From the NCBI GenBank assembly GCA_963723785.1, contig CAVRSB010000024.1, positions 3,288 through 67,287 of the forward strand: 64,000 nt of DNA, in the 5' to 3' direction. This document shows positions 11,531 through 23,362 of the stretch, piece by piece; within the stretch, counting starts at the first letter, position 1, and each line of letters opens with the position of its first letter. Made by a program: the position numbers and the translations under genes. The notes beneath the pieces were generated by a model. That model searched no databases. It had not been told where the DNA came from and saw only the letters and a list, made by a program, of their open reading frames with translations. The stretch comes from an uncultured Actinomycetes bacterium (lineage in GTDB: Bacteria; Actinomycetota; Thermoleophilia; Gaiellales; JAICJC01).

Positions 11531-14447
11531 GGCTTCGGCACCCGGCAGACGGTGAAGTAGGTGCACCACGAGGGACAGCGCCCGCCACGGGGATCATGGC
11601 GCACATCGCCCGCCCGAATCCGCCTGACGCACCTCGATCGCCATCGCCGAGGCGTCCTCCACGTGCTGCCAGAACGCCTCGGCATCCAGCCGGTCGTTCT
11701 TGTTCAGATGGGCGTCGCCGATCTCGGATGCCAGCACCATCCCGCGGGCCTCACGCTTCCCCGCGAGCGCCCGGTAGAGGCCCCCGATCGGCTCGATTCC
11801 GAGCAGATCGCGCAGCGCCATGATGTACAGCGGCAGCTGCAGCTTGCCCTGACGCGCGAGCTGTGCGGCCGAGTGCACGGTGGCGCCGGACTTGTAGTCC
11901 CACAACACCCCGCGCGGGGACATGCCGGGGTCCATGTCGATGCGGTCGATCGTGCCGGTGACCGCGAAATCGCCCAGCTTGAGTCCCTCCTTCAGCCCCG
12001 GAGGCGACGACGGCGCCGCCGAACCTGCACCTCGAACCGGCGCGGCACGAACTCGAGATTGAGGTTGGCCTCGACCCGCAGGAACGCCTCCAGGTCGCGT
12101 TCCAGCCCGCGTGCCAGCTCGCGCCCGCCGACCGTGTCCCCCACGCGCTGGCCGCCCAGCGCGTCGTGCAGGCAGCGCAGCATCACCGGCCAGGCCGCCT
12201 CCACCGTGTCGGGTGTGAGCCGATCAACTCCGACCTCGGCGGGGAGCTGCGCGAAGAACCGCGCCAGCGTGGCGTGGGCCACCGACCCGCGCAGTTTGGC
12301 GTCCAGCTCGAAGTCGATCTCGCCGGGTCGCAGCATCCGCTCCACAAACCAGATCGACGAGCAGTCACCGAACCGCTCGAGGTCGGTGACCGAGAACCGT
12401 TCGGTGGCCGCCAGGCCGGCGAGCACCTGTGGCGAGCGCAGCGCCGTGGAGCGCCGGTACGCCGACTGGGCGCGGCGCAGCTTGCGCTCCCAGCCCATCC
12501 CCCCGGCCATCGCGATCGCCCAGTCGGGGTCATCTCGCAGATCGCGTGCCAGCGCCCGCTGGCGGCTCGCGGTCGTCGGGAGCCTGCTCCAGCGGCCAGG
12601 TGCTGTCCGACAGGTTTCGGCGCCGCACGGGCGTGGCTGGGATCGAGCAGCCGCCGCACCTCGTCCAGGAACGGCGAGGGCTGCAGCGGCTTGCCGTCCT
12701 CGGTCGATGCCTGCCGCACCAGGTGAAGCCGCTTCCACGGCCGGGTACAGGCGGTCGCGAACAGGTGGCGGTCGAGCTCTGCCTGGTCGGTCCGGCGCAG
12801 GCCGATCTCGCTCGCCGCCTCCGCGCTCAACAGCCGCCGGTCGGCGGCCGCTCCCGGCAGGCTGCCCTCCTCCAGGCCCAGCACGAACACGGCCTGGAAG
12901 CGCCTGGTGCGGGCTCGGCGGAGCCCCAGGATGGCCACCCGACCGGGCTCGGCGTCGTCGCCGATCCGCACCGGAACGCGCGCCAGCAGATCGATCAGCC
13001 CGCCGCGATCGAGGTCGTCCAGGCCCAGCGCGCGGATCTCCTCGACCGCCCGCAACACCGCCCTGCAGGCGCGCACCGCCACCCGCCCGTGGGTGGGCAC
13101 AAAGCGGGCCTGCAGCGTGTTGGCGGCACGCACCATCTGGCTCGCCAGGCCGGCAGCGCCGGCCAGCGGGTCGGGCTCTGACATCAGCCGGTCGATGGCC
13201 GGGAAGAAGCCGTCGCCCACCAGCTCGACCACTCCCGCCCGCGTCTCGTCGTGGCCGAACACGCCCCGGCCGCGCAGGCGCCCCTCCACGAAGTCGATCC
13301 GCCGCCGGGCGATGCCCGAGAACGGGCTGCGCAGGTAGGCAAACAGCTCCGGCCGCTCGCCGCCCATCCAGCCGAACCGCAGCGCCCCGAGGAACGCGAC
13401 TGCCGAAGCCGGTCTGCGGCCAGCGGCACCCGCGCGTCGACCGAGAACGGGATGCCCAGCGGCGAGAACGCGTTCTCGAGCGCGAGCCGATGGCGCGCTG
13501 ACCGACGGCACGATCACCCCGATCTCGTCGGGGGCGATGCCGTGCCCGGATCAGCGCGAGCACCTCGGCGGCGACCAGCTCGGCCACGCGCCTGCGACCG
13601 GCCCCCTCCAGGTACACGACCGATCCGTCCTCGGCGGGGGCGGCGGCGCCGGGCGCGTCGGTGAACAGCGTGCGCTCGAGGTGGGCCAGCACCGGCGAGT
13701 CGAAGTGCGCAGCGGGCGGTAGCTCGATCACCTCGGGCGAGGCGCTGCTGAGCGCCTCAACCAGCGGCGAGACCGCGGCGTACGCCGGGCGGCCGACCTC
13801 GTAGGGCAGCGACACGGTCACGTCCACCCGCGCTGCCAGCGCCAGCAGCGCCCGTACCTGGGCGGTGGTCATGTCCTCGAATCCGTAGGCCAGCACCGGA
13901 CGCTCGTCCCAGGCCTCCAGCCGCTGCTCCAGCAGCTGCGCCGCCCGGGCACGCGTTCCCAGCCGGTCGCGGCCCAGCCCGAGCCGGTCGCACTCGCGCG
14001 CGGTAGGCCCGTACCAAGCCGTACAGCTCAGCCCTCGCTGCCGGCCGCCTTGCGGTGGGGTCGATCATGCCCGCCGCGAGTTCGTCCGCCATCCCGGCCA
14101 GCGCATCGGCAAAGCCCGAGAAGCGGGCCGAGACGGCCACCTGATCGAGTTCGGCGGAGGCCGCCAGGCGCCGGAAGATCAGCCGCCGCTGCACGTCGGC
14201 GAGCGTCGTTTGTGTGATCGCCGCAGCGCTCCAGCACGTCGTCGAAGAGCGTGTCGAAGGTGCCCACCCGACCGCCCAGCAGCGCGCCACGGCGGCGCAG
14301 CACGTCGTGCTCGAAGGCCTCGACGTCGGGGCGGTTGGGCACGATCAGGAACGGATCGGACCCAGCGTCCACGAAAGCCAGGAAGCGCTCCTGGAGAAAC
14401 CCGATCTTTCCGCAGTTCGCCGGCCCGAGAACGAGGGCGAGCGGCAT
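11527..14447 (-). CDS. addB: AddB-like nuclease subunit with degenerate P-loop, multiply frameshifted
   Basis: The N-terminus is [16 protein letters not shown], a degenerate Walker A. The C-terminal nuclease block is DYKSG with [10 protein letters not shown], ending in [16 protein letters not shown]. It sits immediately upstream of addA with a 4-nt overlap. Confidence 0.7.
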
Positions 14448-15783
14448 CAGGCTAATCCTAGATGTGATCTTGGCGGGTGCTGGAGCACCCGGCCGTCGAC
14501 GCCACCGGGGTCGAGCCCGAGCGCGTCCAGCACCGTTGCCGCCACGTCCTGAACGTCGGCGACGCCCTCGGGGTGACTGCCGCGCACCAGCACGAAACGC
14601 GTTGTCCCGCGTATGCATGCCGGTCAGCGGCCCCTTGCCGGTGAGCTCGGGGTTGGCCATCGCCCCCTTCAGGTCGGAGCCGTCGTGCGACACCAGCACG
14701 AGGTCAGGACCGCGGTCGGAGATACGGGCCGGCGAAGGCCTCCTCGCGCACGGCCACCTCGCTGTCACGAACGGCAGGCCTTCTGCCCACGCCCGCAGCT
14801 CGTCGCGCACCGCGTGGTACTCGGAGGCGGGCACGATGCCGCCGGGCTCGCTGCCCTCCAGGTTCAGGTAGAGCCGGCCGGGATCCATGCAGTAGGCGCG
14901 ACTGCCCGCCGGCACGATCGAGGCGATCGAACGGGCCGGCTCCTGCAGCTGGAGCCAGCCGTCGCGCTCCAGCCAGCGGTTGACGTACACCTCCTGGTCG
15001 AGGCGGCAAAAGCCGTGGTCAGAGAGCAGCACGAGGGTGCAGTCGTCCGGCAGCCGGTCGACCAGCGCCCCCACCGACCGGTCGACCAGGTCGTAGTAGG
15101 CATGGAACCGGCCTGCCCACGGCTCCTCGCCCCGCTCCATCTGCTCCCACAGGAAGTGGTGCAGCCGATCGGTGCCCGTGAAGGCGGCGAAGAAGAGGTC
15201 GCACTGCTCGCGTTCGAGCAGGTCGACACAGCACCCGCTCGCGGGCCTGGTGGTGAGCGACGAGCTGCTCCCAGAATGCCTCCAGGTCGGTGCGCCCGAG
15301 CCCCAGGTCGACGTCGATCAGATAGCCGCGCTCCTCCAGCCACGGCACCAGCTCGGGCGGCTGCACCGAGCGCTCCAGCGACGGGCGAGACGAAGCCCGA
15401 GATCAGCACCCCGTCGAGTCGGCTGGGCCGGGTAGGTGCCCGGCACATTCACCACCACCGAGCGCATGCCGGCCTCGGCCGCCCGCTGCCACACCGCCGG
15501 CTCGGCGATCGTGTGGACGTTGGTGAACTCGAGCTCCCAGGTGCCGCGGCTTGCGCTCGACGAACCCGAACACGCCGTGGCGGCCGGGATTGGTGCCGGT
15601 CGAGGCGCTCGCCCACGACACGGACGAGATCGGCGGCAGCGGAGCGCGGGCATCCATCAGCGTCCCGGCTGACGCCAGCGCCGCCAGGTGCGGCAGGTGG
15701 CCGTCCGCGATCCGGGACCGCAGGTAGCCGGCGGGCGTCCCGTCCAGCCCGATCACGGCGGCCCGAGGGCCGCGCCGCTTCAC
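14447..15783 (-). CDS. Alkaline-phosphatase-superfamily phosphodiesterase / nucleotide pyrophosphatase family protein, frameshifted
   Basis: The blocks are AVIGLDGTPAGYL, SSVSWASASTGTNPGRHGVFGF, LLSDHGF and VLVSHDG. It is a clear paralogue of 47474..48973. GTG at 15783 overlaps the fdxA stop. Confidence 0.7.
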
Positions 15784-16058
15784 GCGGGGGGCTTCGCCTC
15801 GTTCACGAGCCGGTTGATGACGTCGGCGTCGGGAAAGGCGTAGTTGATCTTGACGAACGGCTCCCACTTGTCCGGAAGCGCATCCTCGGGATAGATGGCC
15901 TCCACCGGGCACTCCGGCTCACAGGCACCGCAGTCGATGCACTCCTCGGGATCGATCACCAGCATGCGGTCGTACTCATGAATGCAGTCCACCGGGCACA
16001 CGTCGATGCAGGATTTGTCCTTCTCGTCGATGCAAGGCTCGGCGATGATGTATGTCAC
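15780..16058 (-). CDS. fdxA: 7Fe-type ferredoxin
   Basis: Intact 92-aa ORF carrying CIDEKDKSCIDVCPVDCI and CIDCGACEPECP. Confidence 0.9.
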   Translation of the reverse strand: MTYIIAEPCIDEKDKSCIDVCPVDCIHEYDRMLVIDPEECIDCGACEPECPVEAIYPEDALPDKWEPFVKINYAFPDADVINRLVNEAKPPA

Positions 16059-16116
16059 TGAAGATCCTCCGTGGAACGAACTGAGATCGCGACCGCGATT
16101 GTAGCGGCGACGCCTG

Positions 16117-16797
16117 TCACACCGCGTGCACCACCCGATCGACCATCGCGTTTGCGACCCACATGCGATCGAAGAACATGGCCAGCCCGACCAGCACCAA
16201 CAGTGCTCCGGAGACGACTCTGATGGCCTGATAGTGGTCGCGCACGGTGCGGGCCACCGACATCACCTTGCCGAAGGCTACCCCGGCCAGCAGAAACGGG
16301 ATCGCCAGCCCTGCCGAGTAGGCGGCCAGCAGCGCCGCCCCCGACGCAGCGGTGCGACTCGACCCAGCCAGCAGCAGCAGCGAGGCCAGCACCGGCCCCA
16401 CGCACGGCGTCCAGCACAGCCCGAAGGCGCCGCCCAACAGCAGGGACGAGCCGGAGAGGCGGGCGGGCTGAACGGCGGGTTGCAGCGAGCGCTCCAGGAT
16501 CGGCACCCGCAAGAGCCCCATCAGCACGAAGCCCATGGCCACGATCAGGATGCCGCCCAGATGGATCAGGCTGGTGCGGTAGTCGGCGAACCGCCCACCC
16601 AGGATGGCGGCCCCGACACCCAGCGCGATGAAGACCGACGAGAATCCGAGCACAAACGGCAGGCCGGCCCGCACCGCTGCCCGGGGCGACGCACCGCGGG
16701 CGCCGATGGCCGACAGGTAGGCCGGCACCAGGGGCAGCACGCAGGGCGTCACGAACGACACCAGCCCGGCGACGAACGCGGCCGGTGCAAGGCTCAT
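16117..16797 (-). CDS. ccdA: Cytochrome c biogenesis thiol-disulfide transporter CcdA (DsbD family)
   Basis: Intact 226-aa polytopic ORF with the two conserved Cys-Pro sites (FVTPCVLPLVP and GLCWTPCVGP). Confidence 0.9.
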   Translation of the reverse strand: MSLAPAAFVAGLVSFVTPCVLPLVPAYLSAIGARGASPRAAVRAGLPFVLGFSSVFIALGVGAAILGGRFADYRTSLIHLGGILIVAMGFVLMGLLRVPILERSLQPAVQPARLSGSSLLLGGAFGLCWTPCVGPVLASLLLLAGSSRTAASGAALLAAYSAGLAIPFLLAGVAFGKVMSVARTVRDHYQAIRVVSGALLVLVGLAMFFDRMWVANAMVDRVVHAV

Positions 16798-17258
16798 TCG
16801 AGCGCGGCCAGATCGGCGTCGATACGTCGCTCCAGCGCCGGATCGATGTCACCGCCGCCGCCACCCTCGCCGGGTGGGCCCCTCCGCGACCGCGACCACA
16901 TCACCGCCAGGCCTCCGACCACCGCCGCGCCGGCCACCAGCACGGCCGCCGGCACCAGCCAGGCCAACAGGTCGAAACCGCGCTTGGGCGGAGCCGCCAG
17001 GATCTCCGGCCCGAACTGCGACACCAGCGTCGATCGCACCCGATCACCGCTCCAACCGGCCGCACACCAGCTGTCGAGGTGGGTGCGCACCTGGTTTGCG
17101 AACGGTGAGCTGGACTGATCGAGCCGCTCATGGCAGACGATGCACATCAGCTGGGTCTGCATGTCGGTCTGGGTCCAGCCGTTGCACGCCATCGCCGCGG
17201 CCGGGAACGCGAGTGACGCACAGGCCACCAGCCCGACCGCGAGTGCGCGCAGTCTCAT
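16794..17258 (-). CDS. CcmH/NrfF-like cytochrome c maturation protein
   Basis: ATG at 17258 gives the signal peptide MRLRALAVGLVACASLAFPAAAMA. It has a CIVCHERLDQSSSPFA motif and a C-terminal TM helix. Both neighbours overlap it with ATGA. Confidence 0.7.
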   Translation of the reverse strand: MRLRALAVGLVACASLAFPAAAMACNGWTQTDMQTQLMCIVCHERLDQSSSPFANQVRTHLDSWCAAGWSGDRVRSTLVSQFGPEILAAPPKRGFDLLAWLVPAAVLVAGAAVVGGLAVMWSRSRRGPPGEGGGGGDIDPALERRIDADLAALE

Positions 17259-17872
17259 CCCTGCTCCGCCAGCAGCGGGTTCAGCACCTTGTCCAGGTCG
17301 GGGCCAGTGACGACGCCGTTGAACAGATGTCGCACGACGCCTTTGCGGTCGACCACATAGGTCACCGGCAACCCGGTGCCGTAGCCCCACCGCTGGGCGA
17401 TCGAACCGGTGTCGTGAACCAGCGTGTAGCGCTGACTGTAGGTCTTGGCGAACTCCCGCGCAGCGCCGGTGAAGTCATTCGTGTCGACCCCGATCACCCG
17501 CACGCCCCGGCGGCCGTACTCGTGCACCGCCTGGTTCAGTACCGGCGCCTCGTCCTGGCAGCCGCTGCACCACGACGCCCAGAAGTTCACCACCACAACC
17601 TTGCCGCGCATGTCGGCCAGCGACGCCTGGCCGTTGCCGTCCAAGAGCGGCGCGGTGAAGTCCGGAGCAGACGGCGAGTTGCCGTCCAGCATCTGCGCAT
17701 AGACAGTTGTTTGGTTGGCGAGCAGGCCGCGGGCGAAGAGCCCGATCATGCCGAGCAGAACGAGCGCGGCCACCACCTGGAGGATCAGTCTCACGCCCCG
17801 TGGCACAGACGGATCGTAGATGGTTTCGGCCCCGCGTTCGCGCGGTATGACCCTCAGCCCAATCCCGCCCAC
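17255..17872 (-). CDS. resA: TlpA/ResA-family thiol-disulfide oxidoreductase
   Basis: An N-terminal TM helix is followed by a thioredoxin fold with VVNFWASWCSGCQDEAP. Confidence 0.85.
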   Translation of the reverse strand: MGGIGLRVIPRERGAETIYDPSVPRGVRLILQVVAALVLLGMIGLFARGLLANQTTVYAQMLDGNSPSAPDFTAPLLDGNGQASLADMRGKVVVVNFWASWCSGCQDEAPVLNQAVHEYGRRGVRVIGVDTNDFTGAAREFAKTYSQRYTLVHDTGSIAQRWGYGTGLPVTYVVDRKGVVRHLFNGVVTGPDLDKVLNPLLAEQG

Positions 17873-17908
17873 ATACTGGGGCGGCCCACGCGTCGCCTCC
17901 CGAGGGTG

Positions 17909-18067
17909 CTATGCCCCCGGGCCGGAATTTGTGAACGAACGGCTGTATGGGCGCCACGGAACGCGCTCCCACTCAGCATGGTGGCACATCGGGCAGGACG
18001 GCAGCGACCGATACACCGTCACGCCGTATCCGCACTGCAGGCAGCGAAACTCGCCTTTTGCCCGCAT
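17909..18067 (-). CDS. Small zinc-ribbon protein (about 52 aa)
   Basis: The internal ATG of track ORF 17909..18124 gives MRAKGEFRCLQCG..(12)..CPMCHH. Confidence 0.4.
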   Translation of the reverse strand: MRAKGEFRCLQCGYGVTVYRSLPSCPMCHHAEWERVPWRPYSRSFTNSGPGA

Positions 18068-18142
18068 TCCCGCACCCCAGCCAGTACCTGCCGTCTCGTC
18101 CACGTGATTCGCAGCAGACCCCATTCGTACCCTCGTTTCCCC

Positions 18143-18165
18143 GTCCGGGCCGGAATGGCCCGGAC
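18143..18165 (-). terminator. GC-rich hairpin (9-bp stem GTCCGGGCC/GGCCCGGAC, 5-nt loop) about 50 nt downstream of the PAP2 gene; no U-tract
   Basis: The inverted repeat was read directly from the sequence. Confidence 0.3.
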
Positions 18166-18215
18166 AGGTAGATTAGCCGCGCCGGCGATTCAGCGTGCGC
18201 AAGTTCACAAGAATT

Positions 18216-18784
18216 TCAGCTCGCTTCGGATGCCTCGCTTGCGATCGGCTCAACACTCGGGCGACGGCGAGCGGCGCGTATCCGGCAACCCATGCGGAAG
18301 GCTGCATTCAGCAGCAGCCCGAGCGCCACTCCCAGAGCCGCCCGACGATCACGTCCGACGGATAGTGCACGCCCAGGTACGGCCGCGACAGCGCCACCAG
18401 ACCCGCGTACACCAGTAACGGAATCCTCCAGCGGGGTGCGAAGCCCGCGAGTACGACTGCGCAGGTGAACGACGTCAACGCGTGCCCACTGGGCATGGAC
18501 GGATCGGGCGGCAACGCGATCAGGGCGTGCACGTTGTGGTCTCCCAGCGGCGGTCGGGGCCGGTCGATGACAGCTTTGAAGACGGCGTCAAGCCGGCCCG
18601 CGAGGAACATTGCGAGCACCGTCATGATCACCGGCGAGAGCCGGCGGAGGGTGATCGTGAACACGATCGCGATCACCAGAAAGACCAGGTTGTGAGAAAA
18701 CGAGAGCAGCTTTGCGATAGGCGTGACCACCGGCCAATCGAGACCGGAGAGGGCCTCGACGCCTGCTCTATCGATCCTGTCCAC
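18216..18784 (-). CDS. PAP2-family phosphatase (membrane); probable frameshift near 18335 extends the C-terminus
   Basis: The motifs are KAVIDRPRP, PSGH and SRPYLGVHYPSDV. The alternative frame after SDVIVG continues as a TM helix (ALGVALGLLLNAAF) to a stop at 18216. Confidence 0.75.
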
Positions 18785-18809
18785 TCGCCCAGTACTCTAG
18801 GGTGGGCCC

Positions 18810-19409
18810 ATGACCGTACAGAAAGCAACGCTCAAGCCGTACCTCGAGGAGATCCGCCAGTGGGTCGCAGAGGGACGCACGGATATCTGGATCGCCCATG
18901 CCCTCAACTCGACGCCGGCCTCGATCTCGGCCTTCCGATCGGCCAACGGCATTCTGCGCCGAGAGCTGGCGGCCGAGCGGCTGGGAGCGGCGGTGCCGCC
19001 GCCGATCGCGCCGCCGGACGCCCCGCCCGAGGAGCTGCAGGTAAAGCCACGCCGACGCTCACGCGCAAAGAAGACTCCCGATCCGACGCCGCTCTCGGCG
19101 GCAGCCGAAGCGGCCGCCGGGCCACAAACCACCCCTCCGCCGGTTCCGGTCGCTGCGACGGCGAGTTCCGAGGAGGGCACCACACCGGCCCCCGCCAAGC
19201 GCCGCCGACGAGGCGGCCGCGGTCGCAACAAGAAGCCGCAGCAGGGCTTCGAGGCCACGCTCGACACGGGGGATGAGGGCTACGGCTTCTGGCTCGACGG
19301 CGCGGTCAAGGACGACCCCGTGTTCGCCGAGCACTGGGCGAGCAGGCGCGGGCTGATCGTGCGCATCGAAGCCGACCAAATCGTGATCAGAGCAGATGAC
19401 CGTGAATAA
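18810..19409 (+). CDS. Hypothetical protein: N-terminal HTH-like segment, long Pro/Ala/Arg-rich disordered centre, small C-terminal domain
   Basis: Intact 199-aa ORF. The basic run is KRRRRGGRGRNKK. Its TAA stop (19407-19409) lies inside palindrome copy 2. Confidence 0.5.
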   Translation: MTVQKATLKPYLEEIRQWVAEGRTDIWIAHALNSTPASISAFRSANGILRRELAAERLGAAVPPPIAPPDAPPEELQVKPRRRSRAKKTPDPTPLSAAAEAAAGPQTTPPPVPVAATASSEEGTTPAPAKRRRRGGRGRNKKPQQGFEATLDTGDEGYGFWLDGAVKDDPVFAEHWASRRGLIVRIEADQIVIRADDRE

Positions 19410-19433
19410 TGGTGCCAGGCACCAATTATTCAC
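19402..19433. repeat. AT-rich palindrome family, copy 2: GTGAATAAT-GGTGCC-A-GGCACCAATTATTCAC (left arm one T short)
   Basis: Read directly from the sequence. It lies between convergent genes, and both stop codons fall inside its arms. Confidence 0.95.
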
Positions 19434-19752
19434 TCGTAGTAATCGACTGCGCCGCGTGCATAGCGGTCGAAGGCGGCCGCTTGGACGAGTGAGAGGTCGT
19501 ATGCCCACGGCAGATCGGTGGTGCGCATCGCCACCTCGAGGCACCACGGGCCCGAGTCCTGGTGGAGCCGCACCAACTCCTCCAGCGTGAACGAGGCGCC
19601 GATGCGCCGACGGATCTCGGCCACGATCTCGGCGATGACGCTATCGATCACCCCACGCCGGGCGGCCGTCACCTGCAGGTCGCGAACCCGTCGTGCGCCC
19701 TCCGCCCACTCGATCAGCGCAACCTGAGTCTCGGCGGTCAGGCGCAACAGCA
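19430..19752 (-). CDS. Hypothetical protein downstream of DUF501
   Basis: This is the in-frame tail of track ORF 19430..20179. A possible TTG start at about 19752 follows GAGGAG. Its TGA stop (19430-19432) lies inside palindrome copy 2. Confidence 0.35.
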
Positions 19753-20309
19753 CTCCTCGAGCGGGTAGATCGGGGCACACTCCTCCACGATCCGCTCGCC
19801 CAGCAGCATACCCGGGCCGCGCCAGCGCGAACGCAGCATGCGCATGCAGGCACTTGATCGCACCCGCCCGGGCGGTCCCACCGATCCCCAGCTGCAGCGA
19901 GTCGCCGCCGTCGGCCATCACCGCCGCCGGCCGCCGCAGCCGCCGCTGTTCGGCCGCACCCGCCTCCCACGAGCCGCGCATCGCGGAGTCGCCCGCCACC
20001 AGCCGCTCGTAGCGGCCCACCCCTCCGCCGGCCTCGACAGCGCCCACCCGCTCGACCGCGAACGGACAGGTGAGGTAGTAGGTGGTCGGGAACGGCTCGC
20101 CGTTGGCGCAGATACGACGCCTGCTCCACCACCGCCGGGCGGCCGAACGGGCACCGCACAGCCACCCCCAAAAGACCACGCGGAGGGCGCCCCAGCTGCT
20201 TGGTCAGAGTCTCGTGATCGCCGATTCCCGCAGGGTAGATGATCGATCTAGGAGCAGATGGTGGAGATGTTCTTGACCACCAGCGGGCCGTTCCCCCGGG
20301 AAGATCCAT
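19738..20309 (-). CDS. DUF501-family protein, frameshifted; start uncertain
   Basis: The blocks are QLGRPPRG, VAVRCPFGRPAVV, PFPTTYYLTCP and IKCLHAHAA. It follows ftsB, the order eno-ftsB-DUF501 known from other Actinomycetota. Confidence 0.55.
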
Positions 20310-20555
20310 CCGCACCGGCGGGCCAACATGACCACGCCCTGCTTGGTCTCGAGCAGCGCCTTCTCGCGCCGTCAGCGCGGCATGGCGATGCTCCAGCCGA
20401 GTCAGCTCGGCCCGCTGGCTCTTGAGCTCACGCGATACCTGCAGGTACTTCTGGACGGGGCCGACGTACAGGCCGATCATCACGATCGCGACCACCAGGG
20501 CGGCGATCCGGCCGAGCCGAAGGCCGCCGGTTGCACGGGTTCGTGAGCGTGGCAC
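20248..20555 (-). CDS. ftsB: Septum formation initiator FtsB/DivIC-like, frameshifted near the C5 run 20293-20297
   Basis: A single N-terminal TM helix (IAALVVAIVMIGLYV) is followed by a coiled coil (LKSQRAELTRLEHRHAAL). After frame correction the tail reads GWIFPGERPLVVKN. Confidence 0.6.
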
Positions 20556-20601
20556 ACCCGCACCTTCTCGGCCGCCGGGCGGATCCCTGCCCGGATCGCG
20601 C

Positions 20602-23312
<2,711 letters not shown>

Positions 23313-23331
23313 CTAACTGCCAGAGCGGGTG

Positions 23332-23362
23332 GTGAATAACGGTGCCTGGCACCGTTATTTAC
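23332..23362. repeat. AT-rich palindrome family, copy 3: GTGAATAACGGTGCC-T-GGCACCGTTATTTAC (15-nt arms)
   Basis: Read directly from the sequence. It lies between the mazG 3' end and the eno start, 31 nt upstream of the eno ATG at 23300. Confidence 0.9.
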
